This document shows, piece after piece, positions 23,988-32,000 of a stretch of DNA of 32,000 nucleotides. The notes under the pieces were generated by a model. It made no database searches, was not told the origin of the DNA, and saw only the letters and a program-made list of their open reading frames with translations. The stretch is taken from assembly GCA_028713935.1 (NCBI GenBank), contig JAQTNI010000006.1, positions 5,890 through 37,889 on the forward strand. Direction: 5' to 3'. The stretch's first letter is position 1. The number at the start of each line of letters is the position of its first letter. A program made the position numbers and the translations under genes. This DNA is from Candidatus Iainarchaeum sp. GTDB lineage: Archaea > Iainarchaeota > Iainarchaeia > Iainarchaeales > GCA-2688035.

Positions 23988-24704
23988 ATGGGTAGGCGGC
24001 TTATACAACAGAGGCGGGGAAAAGCAAGCCATACTTTTTTGGCAAGAAAAGACGGAGTAACCGCAAGATACGCTCCAATGCCAAAGGACAAACAGGGTTT
24101 AAGGGGCCAGGTTCTTTCCTTGTTCAAGGATTCAGGCAGGATGAATATTTTGGCTGATGTTTTGCTTGAAAATAATTTGCACAGTTATATGGTTGCGGCT
24201 GAAGGAATAAGCGTTGGGCAAAAAATTGAATTGGGAAAAAAAGCAAGTTTGGGAATAGGGAATGTATTGGTTTTGAATGAAATCCCGGAAGGATGCCCGA
24301 TTTTTAATATTGAGCATGTTTCTGGCGATGGCGGTGTTCTTGTAAAAGGAACAGGGCTTTATGCCTTGATTGTTTCAAAAGACAATAATTATGCTTTTGT
24401 AAAAATGCCAAGCGGCAAAATAAAGCAGGTTTCCCTGGATTGCAGGGCAACAATTGGTTGTGCAGCTGGCGGTGGAAGGACAGACAAGCCAATGATTAAG
24501 GCTGGAACTGCATTTCATAAGGCAAAGGCAAGAAAAAAATGGTTCCCTACTGTAAGGGGAGTAAAAATGAATGTTTTGGACCATCCATTTGGAGGGTCTG
24601 CGCATCATGCGGGAAAGTCAAAGTCCACATCAAGAAATGCGCCTCCTGGAAGAAAAGTCGGTGCAATTGCATCAAAAAGAACTGGGAGAATAAAGAAAAA
24701 TTAA
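23988..24704 (+). CDS. rpl2: 50S ribosomal protein L2 (uL2)
   Basis: GRTDKPMIKAG, MNVLDHPFGGSAHHAGKSK. TAAATG junction with L23. Confidence 0.98.
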   Translation: MGRRLIQQRRGKASHTFLARKDGVTARYAPMPKDKQGLRGQVLSLFKDSGRMNILADVLLENNLHSYMVAAEGISVGQKIELGKKASLGIGNVLVLNEIPEGCPIFNIEHVSGDGGVLVKGTGLYALIVSKDNNYAFVKMPSGKIKQVSLDCRATIGCAAGGGRTDKPMIKAGTAFHKAKARKKWFPTVRGVKMNVLDHPFGGSAHHAGKSKSTSRNAPPGRKVGAIASKRTGRIKKN

Positions 24705-24717
24705 ATGAAGTGAAAAA

Positions 24718-25119
24718 ATGGCTAAGGTTTTTATTTTTCAGGGAAAAACAATTGAAGAATTGAAAGGGCTGAGCATTGCCGAGTTTGCAAAAATTGCAAA
24801 TTCAAGGGCAAGAAGAAGCCTCTTGAGGGGCTTTGACAAGAAGCTTGAGAAAAAGCTTGACAAGGCGCTTGCTGAAAAGGGAAAAGGAAAAGAGCCGAAG
24901 CCGATAAGGACTCATTTGAGGGATGCAATTGTGATTCCAAAAATGGTCGGGTTGAAGGTTGCTGTTTACAAGGGAAGCTCTTTTGAAACAGTGGAAGTAA
25001 AGCCTGAAATGCTTGGCCATTATCTTGGGGAATATGCGCTTACAAGAAAAAGATTGATACACGGAAAAGCTGGAATTGGGGCAACAAAGTCCTCAACTGC
25101 GATTACTGCAAGGGGCTAA
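24718..25119 (+). CDS. rps19: 30S ribosomal protein S19 (uS19)
   Basis: IRTHLRDAIVIPKMVGLKVAVYKG..F..VEVKPEMLGHYLGEYALTRK. Confidence 0.96.
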   Translation: MAKVFIFQGKTIEELKGLSIAEFAKIANSRARRSLLRGFDKKLEKKLDKALAEKGKGKEPKPIRTHLRDAIVIPKMVGLKVAVYKGSSFETVEVKPEMLGHYLGEYALTRKRLIHGKAGIGATKSSTAITARG

Positions 25120-25141
25120 GGAGAAAAAAAAGGTGCTTTGA

Positions 25142-25609
25142 ATGGGTAAAAAGGATTATCAGGCCGACTTGCAGGGAAAAAACATTGCAAAGGCGTTTGC
25201 TTCAAACCAGCATGTTTCATTGAAATATGCAAGCGAAATTTGCCGTGAAATAAAGGGAAAAAAAATCGGCAGGGCTGAAGCATTTTTGCAGAATGTAATT
25301 GAAAAAAAAGAATTTTTGCCTTTGGTAAAATATAATAAAAAAATTCCCCACAGGAAAGGGGAAAGCAAAAGCGGGGTAAAATCAGGCAGGTACCCTCAAA
25401 AAGCCTGCAAGGCTGTCTTGAGCCTGCTGAACAGCGTGAAAGCAAATGCGGATTTCAAGGGATTGGACGCGGAAAATCTTTTGATTGTGCATGCTTTTGC
25501 TTCACAGGGATTCAGGAGATTTGCACACCAGCCCAAGGGAAAAATTTCCGGAAAAGGATGGAAAAGAAAATCAGCGCATATTGAAATTGTTGCAAGGGAA
25601 ACAGCATGA
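25142..25609 (+). CDS. rpl22: 50S ribosomal protein L22 (uL22)
   Basis: HVSLKYASEICREIKGKKI..AEAFLQNVI, and position between S19 and S3. Confidence 0.95.
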   Translation: MGKKDYQADLQGKNIAKAFASNQHVSLKYASEICREIKGKKIGRAEAFLQNVIEKKEFLPLVKYNKKIPHRKGESKSGVKSGRYPQKACKAVLSLLNSVKANADFKGLDAENLLIVHAFASQGFRRFAHQPKGKISGKGWKRKSAHIEIVARETA

Positions 25610-26490
25610 TTGAAAGGTTTTTTATAGAGCAGAACATGAAAAAAATAGAGCTGGAAAATTATGTGAAAAGCCAGCTTGGGCCAGCTGGCTTTACAAACCT
25701 TGAAATTGTAAAAACCCCGCTTGTCACAAGAATTGTCCTTCATGTTGTAAGGCCAGGGCTTGCAATAGGCAAGGGCGGGACAACAATAAACCAGCTTACA
25801 CAGGAAATCGGAAAAAAGTTTGGAATTGAAAATCCGCAGATTGAAATCCAGGAAATAAAAAACCCAGAGCTTGATGCAAAGGCAAATGTTGACAAGATTG
25901 TTTCCCTGCTTGAAAGGGGCTATAGCTGGAGAAGCATTACTTTCAAGGCAATGCAGGAAATAATGAATGCAAAAGCGCAGGGAGCGGAATTGATTTTATC
26001 GGGAAAGCTTGCGGGAAAAGGCGGCAGAAAAAGAAGAGTCAGGATTGCACAGGGTTACATTAAAAAAGTCGGGAACCAGGTTAACCTTGTGGATTTCGCC
26101 AAGGCAACTGCGTATCCAAAGCCCGGCGCAATCGGGATAAAATTGCGGATAATCCATCCGGGAGTGGAATTCCCCGACAAAACAGACATAAGAAAATTTA
26201 TTGAAAAAGAAAAGGAAGCAGTTGCGCCTGAAACAGTGCAGGCCGCTGAAAAAGAAGTCAGCGCTATAGAAGTTGAAACCGCAAAAAAAGAGATTTCCGA
26301 GGCAAAGGAAAAAACCGAAGCGGTTGTGGAAACAGCAAAGCCTGTTTCCAAAACAGCAAAGAAAAGGACTGCAAAAAAGGCAAAGGAAAAAAAGGCTGTT
26401 GAAAAAGCGGAAAGCAAGCCTGAAGAAAAAAAAGAGCCTGAGAAAAAGACGCATCCTGAAAATAAAAAAAAGGCGAAAGCTGCCGAGTGA
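25606..26490 (+). CDS. rps3: 30S ribosomal protein S3 (uS3) with a ~90-aa Lys/Glu/Ala-rich C-terminal tail
   Basis: KH-domain RPGLAIGKGGTTINQL, LSGKLAGKGGRKR. ATGA overlap with L22. Confidence 0.96.
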   Translation: MIERFFIEQNMKKIELENYVKSQLGPAGFTNLEIVKTPLVTRIVLHVVRPGLAIGKGGTTINQLTQEIGKKFGIENPQIEIQEIKNPELDAKANVDKIVSLLERGYSWRSITFKAMQEIMNAKAQGAELILSGKLAGKGGRKRRVRIAQGYIKKVGNQVNLVDFAKATAYPKPGAIGIKLRIIHPGVEFPDKTDIRKFIEKEKEAVAPETVQAAEKEVSAIEVETAKKEISEAKEKTEAVVETAKPVSKTAKKRTAKKAKEKKAVEKAESKPEEKKEPEKKTHPENKKKAKAAE

Positions 26491-26494
26491 TTTT

Positions 26495-26848
26495 ATGAAA
26501 GCATCTGAAGTACGCGGAATGTCCTTGAATGAATCAGGGGAAAAGCTCTCTGCATTGAAGGCTGAGCTTGCAAAGGAAAGGGCGGTGCTTGCCTCTGGAA
26601 CAAAGCCTGAAAATCCGGGAAAAACAAGGGCTTTGCGCAGGGACATTGCAAGGATTCTTACAATAATGGCTGAAAAGCAGAAAGCAGGGGAAAAAATAAT
26701 TGAGAAAAAAGAGGAGAAAAAAATTGTGCCTGTAAAAATCCCTGAAAAAAAAGCAGAGGCAAAAAAAGATTTGCCTGCCAAAAAAAAAGAAATTGAAAAG
26801 AAAATTAAAAAGAATGAAAAAGCTTTGAAAGGAAACAAAAAAAAATAA
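26495..26848 (+). CDS. rpl29: 50S ribosomal protein L29 (uL29) with a ~50-aa Lys/Glu-rich C-terminal tail
   Basis: MKASEVRGMS..E..KLSALKAELAKERAVLASG..ENPGKTRALRRDIARILT. The ORF portion upstream of 26495 is an out-of-frame read of the S3 tail. Confidence 0.88.
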   Translation: MKASEVRGMSLNESGEKLSALKAELAKERAVLASGTKPENPGKTRALRRDIARILTIMAEKQKAGEKIIEKKEEKKIVPVKIPEKKAEAKKDLPAKKKEIEKKIKKNEKALKGNKKK

Positions 26849-26874
26849 AAAAATTTTGAGGTGAATAAACCAAA

Positions 26875-27183
26875 ATGGAGGATATTTGCAATAAATGCGG
26901 CTTGCCAAAAAATCTTTGTGTTTGCCAGGATATTGCCAAGGAAAGCCAGAAAATAAAAATCCGGATTGACCCGAGGCGGTTTGGCAAGGTTGTAACGACT
27001 ATCCGCGGACTTGGCGATGATGTTGACATTGAAGCGCTTACAAAGGAGCTGAAAACCCATCTTGCTTGCGGCGGCACAGTCAAGGGCAATGAAATAATCC
27101 TGCAGGGCAAGCATGTGAAAAAAGCAAAGGAAATTTTGCTGAAACAGGGCTTCAAAGAGGAATTGATTGATGCTGGAGCGTAA
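26875..27183 (+). CDS. sui1: Translation initiation factor SUI1 (aIF1)
   Basis: N-terminal CNKCGLPKNLCVC knuckle, RRFGKVVTTIRGL, LACGGTVKGNEIILQG. Canonical slot between L29 and Rpp29. Confidence 0.9.
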   Translation: MEDICNKCGLPKNLCVCQDIAKESQKIKIRIDPRRFGKVVTTIRGLGDDVDIEALTKELKTHLACGGTVKGNEIILQGKHVKKAKEILLKQGFKEELIDAGA

Positions 27184-27478
27184 AAATTATTGCATTTCAG
27201 GGGAAAATATTTTTGCCCATGAATTTTTGGGCCTGAATGCAAGGGTTTTGCAGAGCAGCGACAAAAACAAGATTGGATTGGAGGGAAAAATTGTTGATGA
27301 AACAAAAAATCTCCTTGTTTTTGAAACAAAAAATGGCATCAGGCAGTTGCCAAAAAAAGAATGTGTTTTTGAATTTGAACTTGGAAAAGAAAAAGCAGTT
27401 GTCCAGGGCCTGCACATAATTGACAGGCCAGAGGACAGGGTAAAGAATTTTTGGAGGAAAAAAAATGCAGTGCAATGA
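27170..27478 (+). CDS. rnp1: RNase P protein component 1 (Rpp29/Pop4)
   Basis: [37 protein letters not shown]. Conserved position before S17. ATG at 27170 (TTG at 27167). Overlaps both neighbours by 14 nt. Confidence 0.85.
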   Translation: MLERKNYCISGENIFAHEFLGLNARVLQSSDKNKIGLEGKIVDETKNLLVFETKNGIRQLPKKECVFEFELGKEKAVVQGLHIIDRPEDRVKNFWRKKNAVQ

Positions 27479-27920
27479 TCCGAAATGCCCTTTTCACGGG
27501 CATTTGAAAGTGAGGGGAAATGTGTTGACAGGCACTGTAAAGAGCGCAAAGGCGCCGAAAACAGTCAGTGTTGAAAGAGTGCTCGTAAAATATGTTCCAA
27601 AGTATGAAAGGTATAAAAAAACAAAGTCAAGGGTTTATGCGCACAATCCCGATTGCATTGCCGCAAAAGAAGGCGATTTGGTTACAATAGGCGAAACGAG
27701 AAAATTAAGCAAGACAAAAAGTTTTGTTGTTTTAAAAATTGAAAAAAAAGCTGGCGCCGAGACAAGCGTTGCGGGGGCATTGCCTGCCGTGAAGATTGAA
27801 AAAGAAAAAGTTGAAGAAAAGCCAGTGAAAAAAGAGCATGCTGCGATTGAAAAAAAAGAGGCTGCCCATGAAAAAGTTCATGCGGAAAAGGGAAAGACGC
27901 AGAAAAGGGAAAAAAAATAA
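27465..27920 (+). CDS. rps17: 30S ribosomal protein S17 (uS17) with a ~55-aa Lys/Glu-rich C-terminal tail
   Basis: [53 protein letters not shown] at 27453-27457. Confidence 0.95.
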   Translation: MQCNDPKCPFHGHLKVRGNVLTGTVKSAKAPKTVSVERVLVKYVPKYERYKKTKSRVYAHNPDCIAAKEGDLVTIGETRKLSKTKSFVVLKIEKKAGAETSVAGALPAVKIEKEKVEEKPVKKEHAAIEKKEAAHEKVHAEKGKTQKREKK

Positions 27921-27938
27921 TTTTTGGTGTGGATTTTT

Positions 27939-28337
27939 ATGAAAGGAATTGGTTCAAATGTTTCAAAAGGATTAAGCCAGATGAGCATGTGTGTTTGCGC
28001 TGACAATTCAGGCGCAAAAGAAGTCAGGATAATTTCAGTTATGCACCATAAAACCAGGAAAAGAATGAAGCCGAAAGCCGGAATTGCTGACCTGGTTAAT
28101 GTTGTTGTAAAAAAAGGAAAGCCGGAAATAAGGAAGAAGGTTGAAATGGCAGTTATTGTAAGGGTAAAAATGCCTTTCCGCAGGCCGAATGGGCTGAGGG
28201 TTTGTTTTGAGGACAATGCAGTTGTTTTGGTTGATGAAAAAGGTGTTCCAAAGGCTTCTGAGATAAAAGGTGTTGTTGCAAAAGAAGTCGGGGAACGCTG
28301 GCCAAAAGTCGCGGGATTGGCGAGTGCAGTAATTTGA
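27939..28337 (+). CDS. rpl14: 50S ribosomal protein L14 (uL14)
   Basis: MKGIGSNVSKGL..VCADNSGAKEVRII. GGTG at 27926-27929. ATG at 27939 is preferred over the TTG at 27924. Confidence 0.97.
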   Translation: MKGIGSNVSKGLSQMSMCVCADNSGAKEVRIISVMHHKTRKRMKPKAGIADLVNVVVKKGKPEIRKKVEMAVIVRVKMPFRRPNGLRVCFEDNAVVLVDEKGVPKASEIKGVVAKEVGERWPKVAGLASAVI

Positions 28338-28354
28338 TTTTTTGAAGGATTTTT

Positions 28355-28747
28355 ATGAATGTTAAATCAAGCAAGGCAAGGAAGCAGAGAAAAAATTTTT
28401 TTGAATGCCCTTTGCATGAAAAAAGAAATTCTCTTGCAGGGCATTTGAGCAAGGATTTGAGAAAAAAAATGGGAAAGCGGGGCATTAGCCTGAGAAAGGG
28501 GGATACTGTAAAGGTAATGCGCGGAAAACATTCAGGCAAGGAAGGAAAAATTACTGGTGTTGATTACAAAAAAAGATTGGTTTTTATTGAGAAGATTACC
28601 CGTAAAAAATCAGATGGCACTGAAATCCAGGTTGGAATTCATGCTTCAAAAATTCTGGTTTTGGACCTTGAAGGGGATGAGAAGCGTTTTGCAAAAAAAA
28701 CAGCTTCTGGAAAAAGCCAGGCAAAGCAGGAAAAAGGAGGCATATAA
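28355..28747 (+). CDS. rpl24: 50S ribosomal protein L24 (uL24)
   Basis: KOW segment LRKGDTVKVMRGKHSGKEGKITGVD. Confidence 0.93.
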   Translation: MNVKSSKARKQRKNFFECPLHEKRNSLAGHLSKDLRKKMGKRGISLRKGDTVKVMRGKHSGKEGKITGVDYKKRLVFIEKITRKKSDGTEIQVGIHASKILVLDLEGDEKRFAKKTASGKSQAKQEKGGI

Positions 28748-29470
28748 ATGGCAAGGCATGGAAACAGCAAGTCACAGAAAAGAATCAGTCTGGGCAAGGC
28801 CATTCATATCCACAGGAAGGAACATGTCTGGGCTTTAAAAGCCAATCCGGGGCCTCATTCCAGGGAAAACAGTGTTGCGCTTGGAATTGTTCTCAGGGAT
28901 ATTTTGAAAGTTGCGAGGAATTTGAGGGAAGTAAAAATTATACTGAACAACAGGGTTGTTTCTGTTGACGGGGTAATCAGGACTGAAACAAAATTGCCTG
29001 TTGGATTGTTTGATGTTATTGCCTTGGCTAATTTGAAAAAGCAGTTCAGGGTTTTGCTGGATAAAAAGGGAAGGTTTGTGTTGAAAGAGATTCCTGCAAA
29101 AAGTTCTGCTTTCAAGCTTGTCAAGGTTACTGGAAAAAGGGCTTTTGGAGAAAAAAAGATTCAGCTCACTACAAATGACGGAAGGGTTTTTACTGCTGAT
29201 GCAAAGCAAAAAGCTTCAATTGGGGATACTTTGAAAATCGGGGTTCCTGACCAAAAAATTTTGGAAGTGTTTGCTTTTGAAAAGGGCAATACTGGGTTTG
29301 TTTTCAGGGGCGAAAGAATAGGCGCAATTGCGGAGATTGAAGGCGTTCTTGCGGGAACAATGAAAAGGGGAAAGCTTGCAATGCTGAAGCCTGTTGAAGG
29401 CGAAAAATTCCAGACTGTTGCAGAGAATGTTTTCATGGTTGGCAAAAAAAGCATTGAAGTTGAATTGTAA
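28748..29470 (+). CDS. rps4e: 30S ribosomal protein S4e (eS4)
   Basis: MARHGNSKSQKR, PGPHS, VDGVIRTETKLPVGLFDVI. TAAATG junction with L24. Confidence 0.96.
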   Translation: MARHGNSKSQKRISLGKAIHIHRKEHVWALKANPGPHSRENSVALGIVLRDILKVARNLREVKIILNNRVVSVDGVIRTETKLPVGLFDVIALANLKKQFRVLLDKKGRFVLKEIPAKSSAFKLVKVTGKRAFGEKKIQLTTNDGRVFTADAKQKASIGDTLKIGVPDQKILEVFAFEKGNTGFVFRGERIGAIAEIEGVLAGTMKRGKLAMLKPVEGEKFQTVAENVFMVGKKSIEVEL

Positions 29471-29480
29471 TGGTGTAATA

Positions 29481-29996
29481 ATGGCTGAAGAAAATTTTAT
29501 GCGGAGAATTTCTGTTGAAAAGGTCACTGTAAACATGGGCGTTGGAAATGCGCCTGAAGAATACAAGAAGGCGCAGCAGATAATCGAAAAAATCACTGGC
29601 TGCAAGGCAAAGCAGACTCTCTGCAAAATAAAGCAGCCAAAGTGGGACATAAGGCCTGGCCTGCCAATTGGTTTAAAGGTTACAATGCGCGGCATAAAGG
29701 CAATTGATTTTTTGAAAAGGGCTCTGGCTGCAAAGGAAAACCAGCTGAAAAAAAGCTCTTTTGACAACAGGGGCTGCTTTGGATTCGGCATAAGGGAGTA
29801 CATTGATTTGCCTGGTGCAAAATACGAGCCAGCGCTTGGCATAAGGGGCTTTGATGTCCTTGTGACCTTGAAACGGCCTGGTTTCAGGATTAAGAACAGG
29901 AAAATTTTGAATTCAAAAATAGGGAAAAAGCATTTGATTCTGAGGGAAGACGCTGTTAATTTTGTAAAAGCATTGTTTGGAATTGAAATTGTTTGA
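29481..29996 (+). CDS. rpl5: 50S ribosomal protein L5 (uL5)
   Basis: ISVEKVTVNMGVG, GFGIREYIDLPG, GFDVLVTLKRPG. The upstream ORF extension overlaps S4e. Confidence 0.96.
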   Translation: MAEENFMRRISVEKVTVNMGVGNAPEEYKKAQQIIEKITGCKAKQTLCKIKQPKWDIRPGLPIGLKVTMRGIKAIDFLKRALAAKENQLKKSSFDNRGCFGFGIREYIDLPGAKYEPALGIRGFDVLVTLKRPGFRIKNRKILNSKIGKKHLILREDAVNFVKALFGIEIV

Positions 29997-30018
29997 ATTT
30001 TTTGGAGCAGTGGATTGT

Positions 30019-30177
30019 ATGAAAAAAGAATTGCCAAAATTGATGCAGGCAAAGAAAAAACGCAGGTGCAGGGTTTGCAGGGGAAATGCGGGCCTTATCA
30101 GGAAATACAATTTGTATGTTTGCAGGAGATGCTTCAAGGACATTGCGGAAAAAATGGGTTTCAGGAAATTTGATTAA
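30019..30177 (+). CDS. rps14: 30S ribosomal protein S14 (uS14, zinc type)
   Basis: 52 aa with CRVCRG...CRRCF zinc ribbon. Confidence 0.93.
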   Translation: MKKELPKLMQAKKKRRCRVCRGNAGLIRKYNLYVCRRCFKDIAEKMGFRKFD

Positions 30178-30212
30178 TTTTTTAGGAGAAAAAAAATTGG
30201 AAAGGTGTTTTT

Positions 30213-30605
30213 ATGGTTTTGGTTGACCCTATTGCGAATGCTTTTGCCCATATGCAGAATTCTGACAGGGCTTCAAAAAGAGAGTGTTTTTTCAGGCCTG
30301 CCTCGAAATTGCTCGGGGAAATTCTTAAGGTGCTGCAGAAGCACGGTTATATCAGCACTTTTGAATTCATTGATGACGGCAGAAGCGGGCTGTTCCGCAT
30401 TGAACTAATTGGAAAAATAAACAATTGCAGGGCAATAAAGCCGCGTTATGCAGTGAAAAAAAACGAGTTTGAAAAATATGAAAAAAGATATTTGCCAGCA
30501 AGGGATGTCGGAATCCTGATTGTCAGCACTGTGAACGGTGTTGTTACCCATAAGGATGCAAAAAAAACAGGGCTTGGAGGCAGGTTGCTGGCATTCATTT
30601 ATTGA
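30213..30605 (+). CDS. rps8: 30S ribosomal protein S8 (uS8)
   Basis: [42 protein letters not shown]. Confidence 0.96.
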   Translation: MVLVDPIANAFAHMQNSDRASKRECFFRPASKLLGEILKVLQKHGYISTFEFIDDGRSGLFRIELIGKINNCRAIKPRYAVKKNEFEKYEKRYLPARDVGILIVSTVNGVVTHKDAKKTGLGGRLLAFIY

Positions 30606-30623
30606 TTTTTTCAAGGTATTTTT

Positions 30624-31157
30624 ATGGTTTCCAAAAAATTTTCTGAAAAATTTGAATTGCCACAGGGCATGCAGGCTTCCATTGAAGGCGGCTTTATAAA
30701 AATAACCGGTCCTAAGGGAGAATTGAAAAGAAAAATTCCTTCAAGGGAACTCGCAGTAAAAATTGAGGGCAATGCAATTTTTTTTGAAATGCTTTCCGCA
30801 AAAAGGGTTTCTTATGCCTGCCTGAGAAGCTTTGAAAAGCACATTGGCAATATGGCAAAAGGCCTTGGAAAAGAATTTGAATATCATTTAAGGGTTGTTT
30901 ACAGCCACTTTCCAATTAACATTGCAGTAAAAGGAAACAATGTGGAAATTAACAATTTTTTAGGGGAAAAACTTCCGAGAATTGCAAGAATACTTCCCGG
31001 CGCAAAAGTTGAAGCTAAAGGCAAGGAAGTTTTTGTACGCGGCCCTGACAAGGACGCTGTCGGGCAAACAGCCGCAAACATTGAGGCGCAGTCAGTTGTT
31101 TCCAACAAGGACAGGCGTGTTTTTCAGGATGGAATTTTTTTGGTTGAAAAAAATTAG
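30624..31157 (+). CDS. rpl6: 50S ribosomal protein L6 (uL6)
   Basis: ITGPKGELKR, VYSHFPINIAV, NFLGEK, KDAVGQTAANIE. Confidence 0.96.
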   Translation: MVSKKFSEKFELPQGMQASIEGGFIKITGPKGELKRKIPSRELAVKIEGNAIFFEMLSAKRVSYACLRSFEKHIGNMAKGLGKEFEYHLRVVYSHFPINIAVKGNNVEINNFLGEKLPRIARILPGAKVEAKGKEVFVRGPDKDAVGQTAANIEAQSVVSNKDRRVFQDGIFLVEKN

Positions 31158-31168
31158 GTGCTAAAAAT

Positions 31169-31762
31169 ATGGCTGAAAAAGAAAAAAATGTCAAGCAGGC
31201 TGCAAAAGAGCAAAAAAGCGTTAAAAAAGAAGAGCGCAAGCCGGTTGCAGAGAAAAAACCTCAGAAAGCAGAGCCTGGAAAAAAAAGTGAAAATCTGAAA
31301 AAACAGGAAGAAAAAAAAGAGCAGAAGCCCAAAGTGCAGAAGAAAAAAAGAGTTTTTGAAAAATGGGTTAAGCCGCAAAAACCTGCAGAGGCAAAGGTTT
31401 TCAGGGAGCTTGCAAAGAAGCGGGCTAGAAGGCTTTTCAGGGGAAGATTTGGGCAAAGAAACATGACAAGGAATATTCGCGATGAAAAATGGCAGAAATG
31501 GAGAATTGCACGCGGCATTGATATTTCTTACAAAAAAGACGATGGATTGGTTGTAAAAACCGGTTACAGGAGCCCATTGAAAATAAGAGGCAGGCACCCG
31601 AGCGGTTTCAGGGAAGTGCTTGTGCATAACCTTGCTGAACTGGAGCTTGCCGCAAAAGACAGGCAGGCAGCAGTGAAAATTGCTGGCACAATTGGCATGA
31701 AAAAAAGAAATGAATTTTTGAAGAGGGCGAATCAATTGAAAATCTGGGTTCTTAACCCTTGA
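31169..31762 (+). CDS. rpl32e: 50S ribosomal protein L32e (eL32) with a ~80-aa Lys/Glu-rich N-terminal extension
   Basis: Core WQKWRIARGIDIS..., RGRHPSGFREVLVHN, GMKKRNEFLKRANQLKIWVLNP. Confidence 0.9.
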   Translation: MAEKEKNVKQAAKEQKSVKKEERKPVAEKKPQKAEPGKKSENLKKQEEKKEQKPKVQKKKRVFEKWVKPQKPAEAKVFRELAKKRARRLFRGRFGQRNMTRNIRDEKWQKWRIARGIDISYKKDDGLVVKTGYRSPLKIRGRHPSGFREVLVHNLAELELAAKDRQAAVKIAGTIGMKKRNEFLKRANQLKIWVLNP

Positions 31763-31800
31763 TGAAAACAAATTAGGATTTTTTTAAAATTGGTGGTTTT

Positions 31801-32000
31801 TTGAAGTCTGAAAAAATTAAAATGATTGCTGCAAAAATTCTGAATTGCGGAACAAACAAGGTTTGGTTCAGTCAGGAAGGGCAAGACAAGGTAAAATCAG
31901 CAATTACAAAAGACGATATAAAGGCGCTTATAAAAGACGGCATAATAAAGAAAAAGCATGCGAACTGGCACAGCATGGGCAGGGCGCGGCTTTTGCAGGC
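31801..32000 (+). CDS. rpl19e: 50S ribosomal protein L19e (eL19), N-terminal ~66 codons; 3' end lies outside the window
   Basis: Translation KSEKIKMIAAKILNCGTNKVWFSQEGQDKV..IKALIKDGIIKKK matches the L19e N-terminus. TTG at 31801 is preceded by GGTGG at 31792-31796. Not in the ORF track because there is no stop codon inside the window. Confidence 0.85.
   Translation, partial: MKSEKIKMIAAKILNCGTNKVWFSQEGQDKVKSAITKDDIKALIKDGIIKKKHANWHSMGRARLLQ

Noticed and set aside
26200-26850. Repetitive gaaaaaaag/aaagaaaa DNA as a possible CRISPR array or tandem repeat
   Set aside because: There is no constant-length repeat/spacer periodicity. It is in-frame Lys/Glu low-complexity coding sequence in the S3 and L29 tails.
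25996-27114. 372-aa minus-strand ORF, with similar long antisense ORFs at 4443-5369 (308 aa), 29216-30052 (278 aa), 31154-31771 (205 aa), 13633-14286 (217 aa) and 8416-9015 (199 aa)
   Set aside because: All lie antisense to confidently identified conserved genes (S3/L29/SUI1, S7, S4e/L5, L32e, RtcB, EF-1alpha). Their products are Phe/Leu/Ser/Cys-rich low-complexity strings, as expected when a purine-rich strand is read in reverse. None has a Shine-Dalgarno or promoter context.

Overview
Archaeal chromosome segment, most likely from a fast-evolving, small-genome (DPANN-like) lineage; that assignment is inference. GC looks roughly 40% by eye (not computed). The + strand is strongly purine-rich, and 38 of the 39 called genes lie on +. 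Gene order is the canonical archaeal information-processing backbone. On the left are rpoA' (5'-truncated by the window), rpoA'', L30e, NusA, S12, S7, aEF-2, aEF-1alpha and S10 (1-9401). On the right are L3, L4, L23, L2, S19, L22, S3, L29, SUI1, Rpp29, S17, L14, L24, S4e, L5, S14, S8, L6, L32e and L19e (21609-32000, 3'-truncated). Between the two blocks lies a ~12 kb accessory stretch (9469-21271). It holds two overlapping paralogous surface proteins with a shared cytoplasmic tail, a KaiC-like ATPase, archease and RtcB, and a 1024-aa Cys-rich lipobox protein. It also holds an orphan 249-aa protein, a third surface protein, a 47-aa very basic ORF, and the window's only minus-strand gene, a SET-domain methyltransferase. 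No rRNA, tRNA, CRISPR array or transposase was seen. The main unexplained signal is a family of modular hairpin elements lying directly after stop codons or in spacers (4528, 7467, 20449, 21433, 22773). Two ~100-nt copies bracket the SET gene and differ by compensatory stem substitutions. Other notable points are an Asn-to-Gly change in the invariant NADFDGD motif of RNA polymerase, Lys/Glu-rich extensions on many ribosomal proteins and on RpoA'', and a shared Cys-rich module in the surface proteins.
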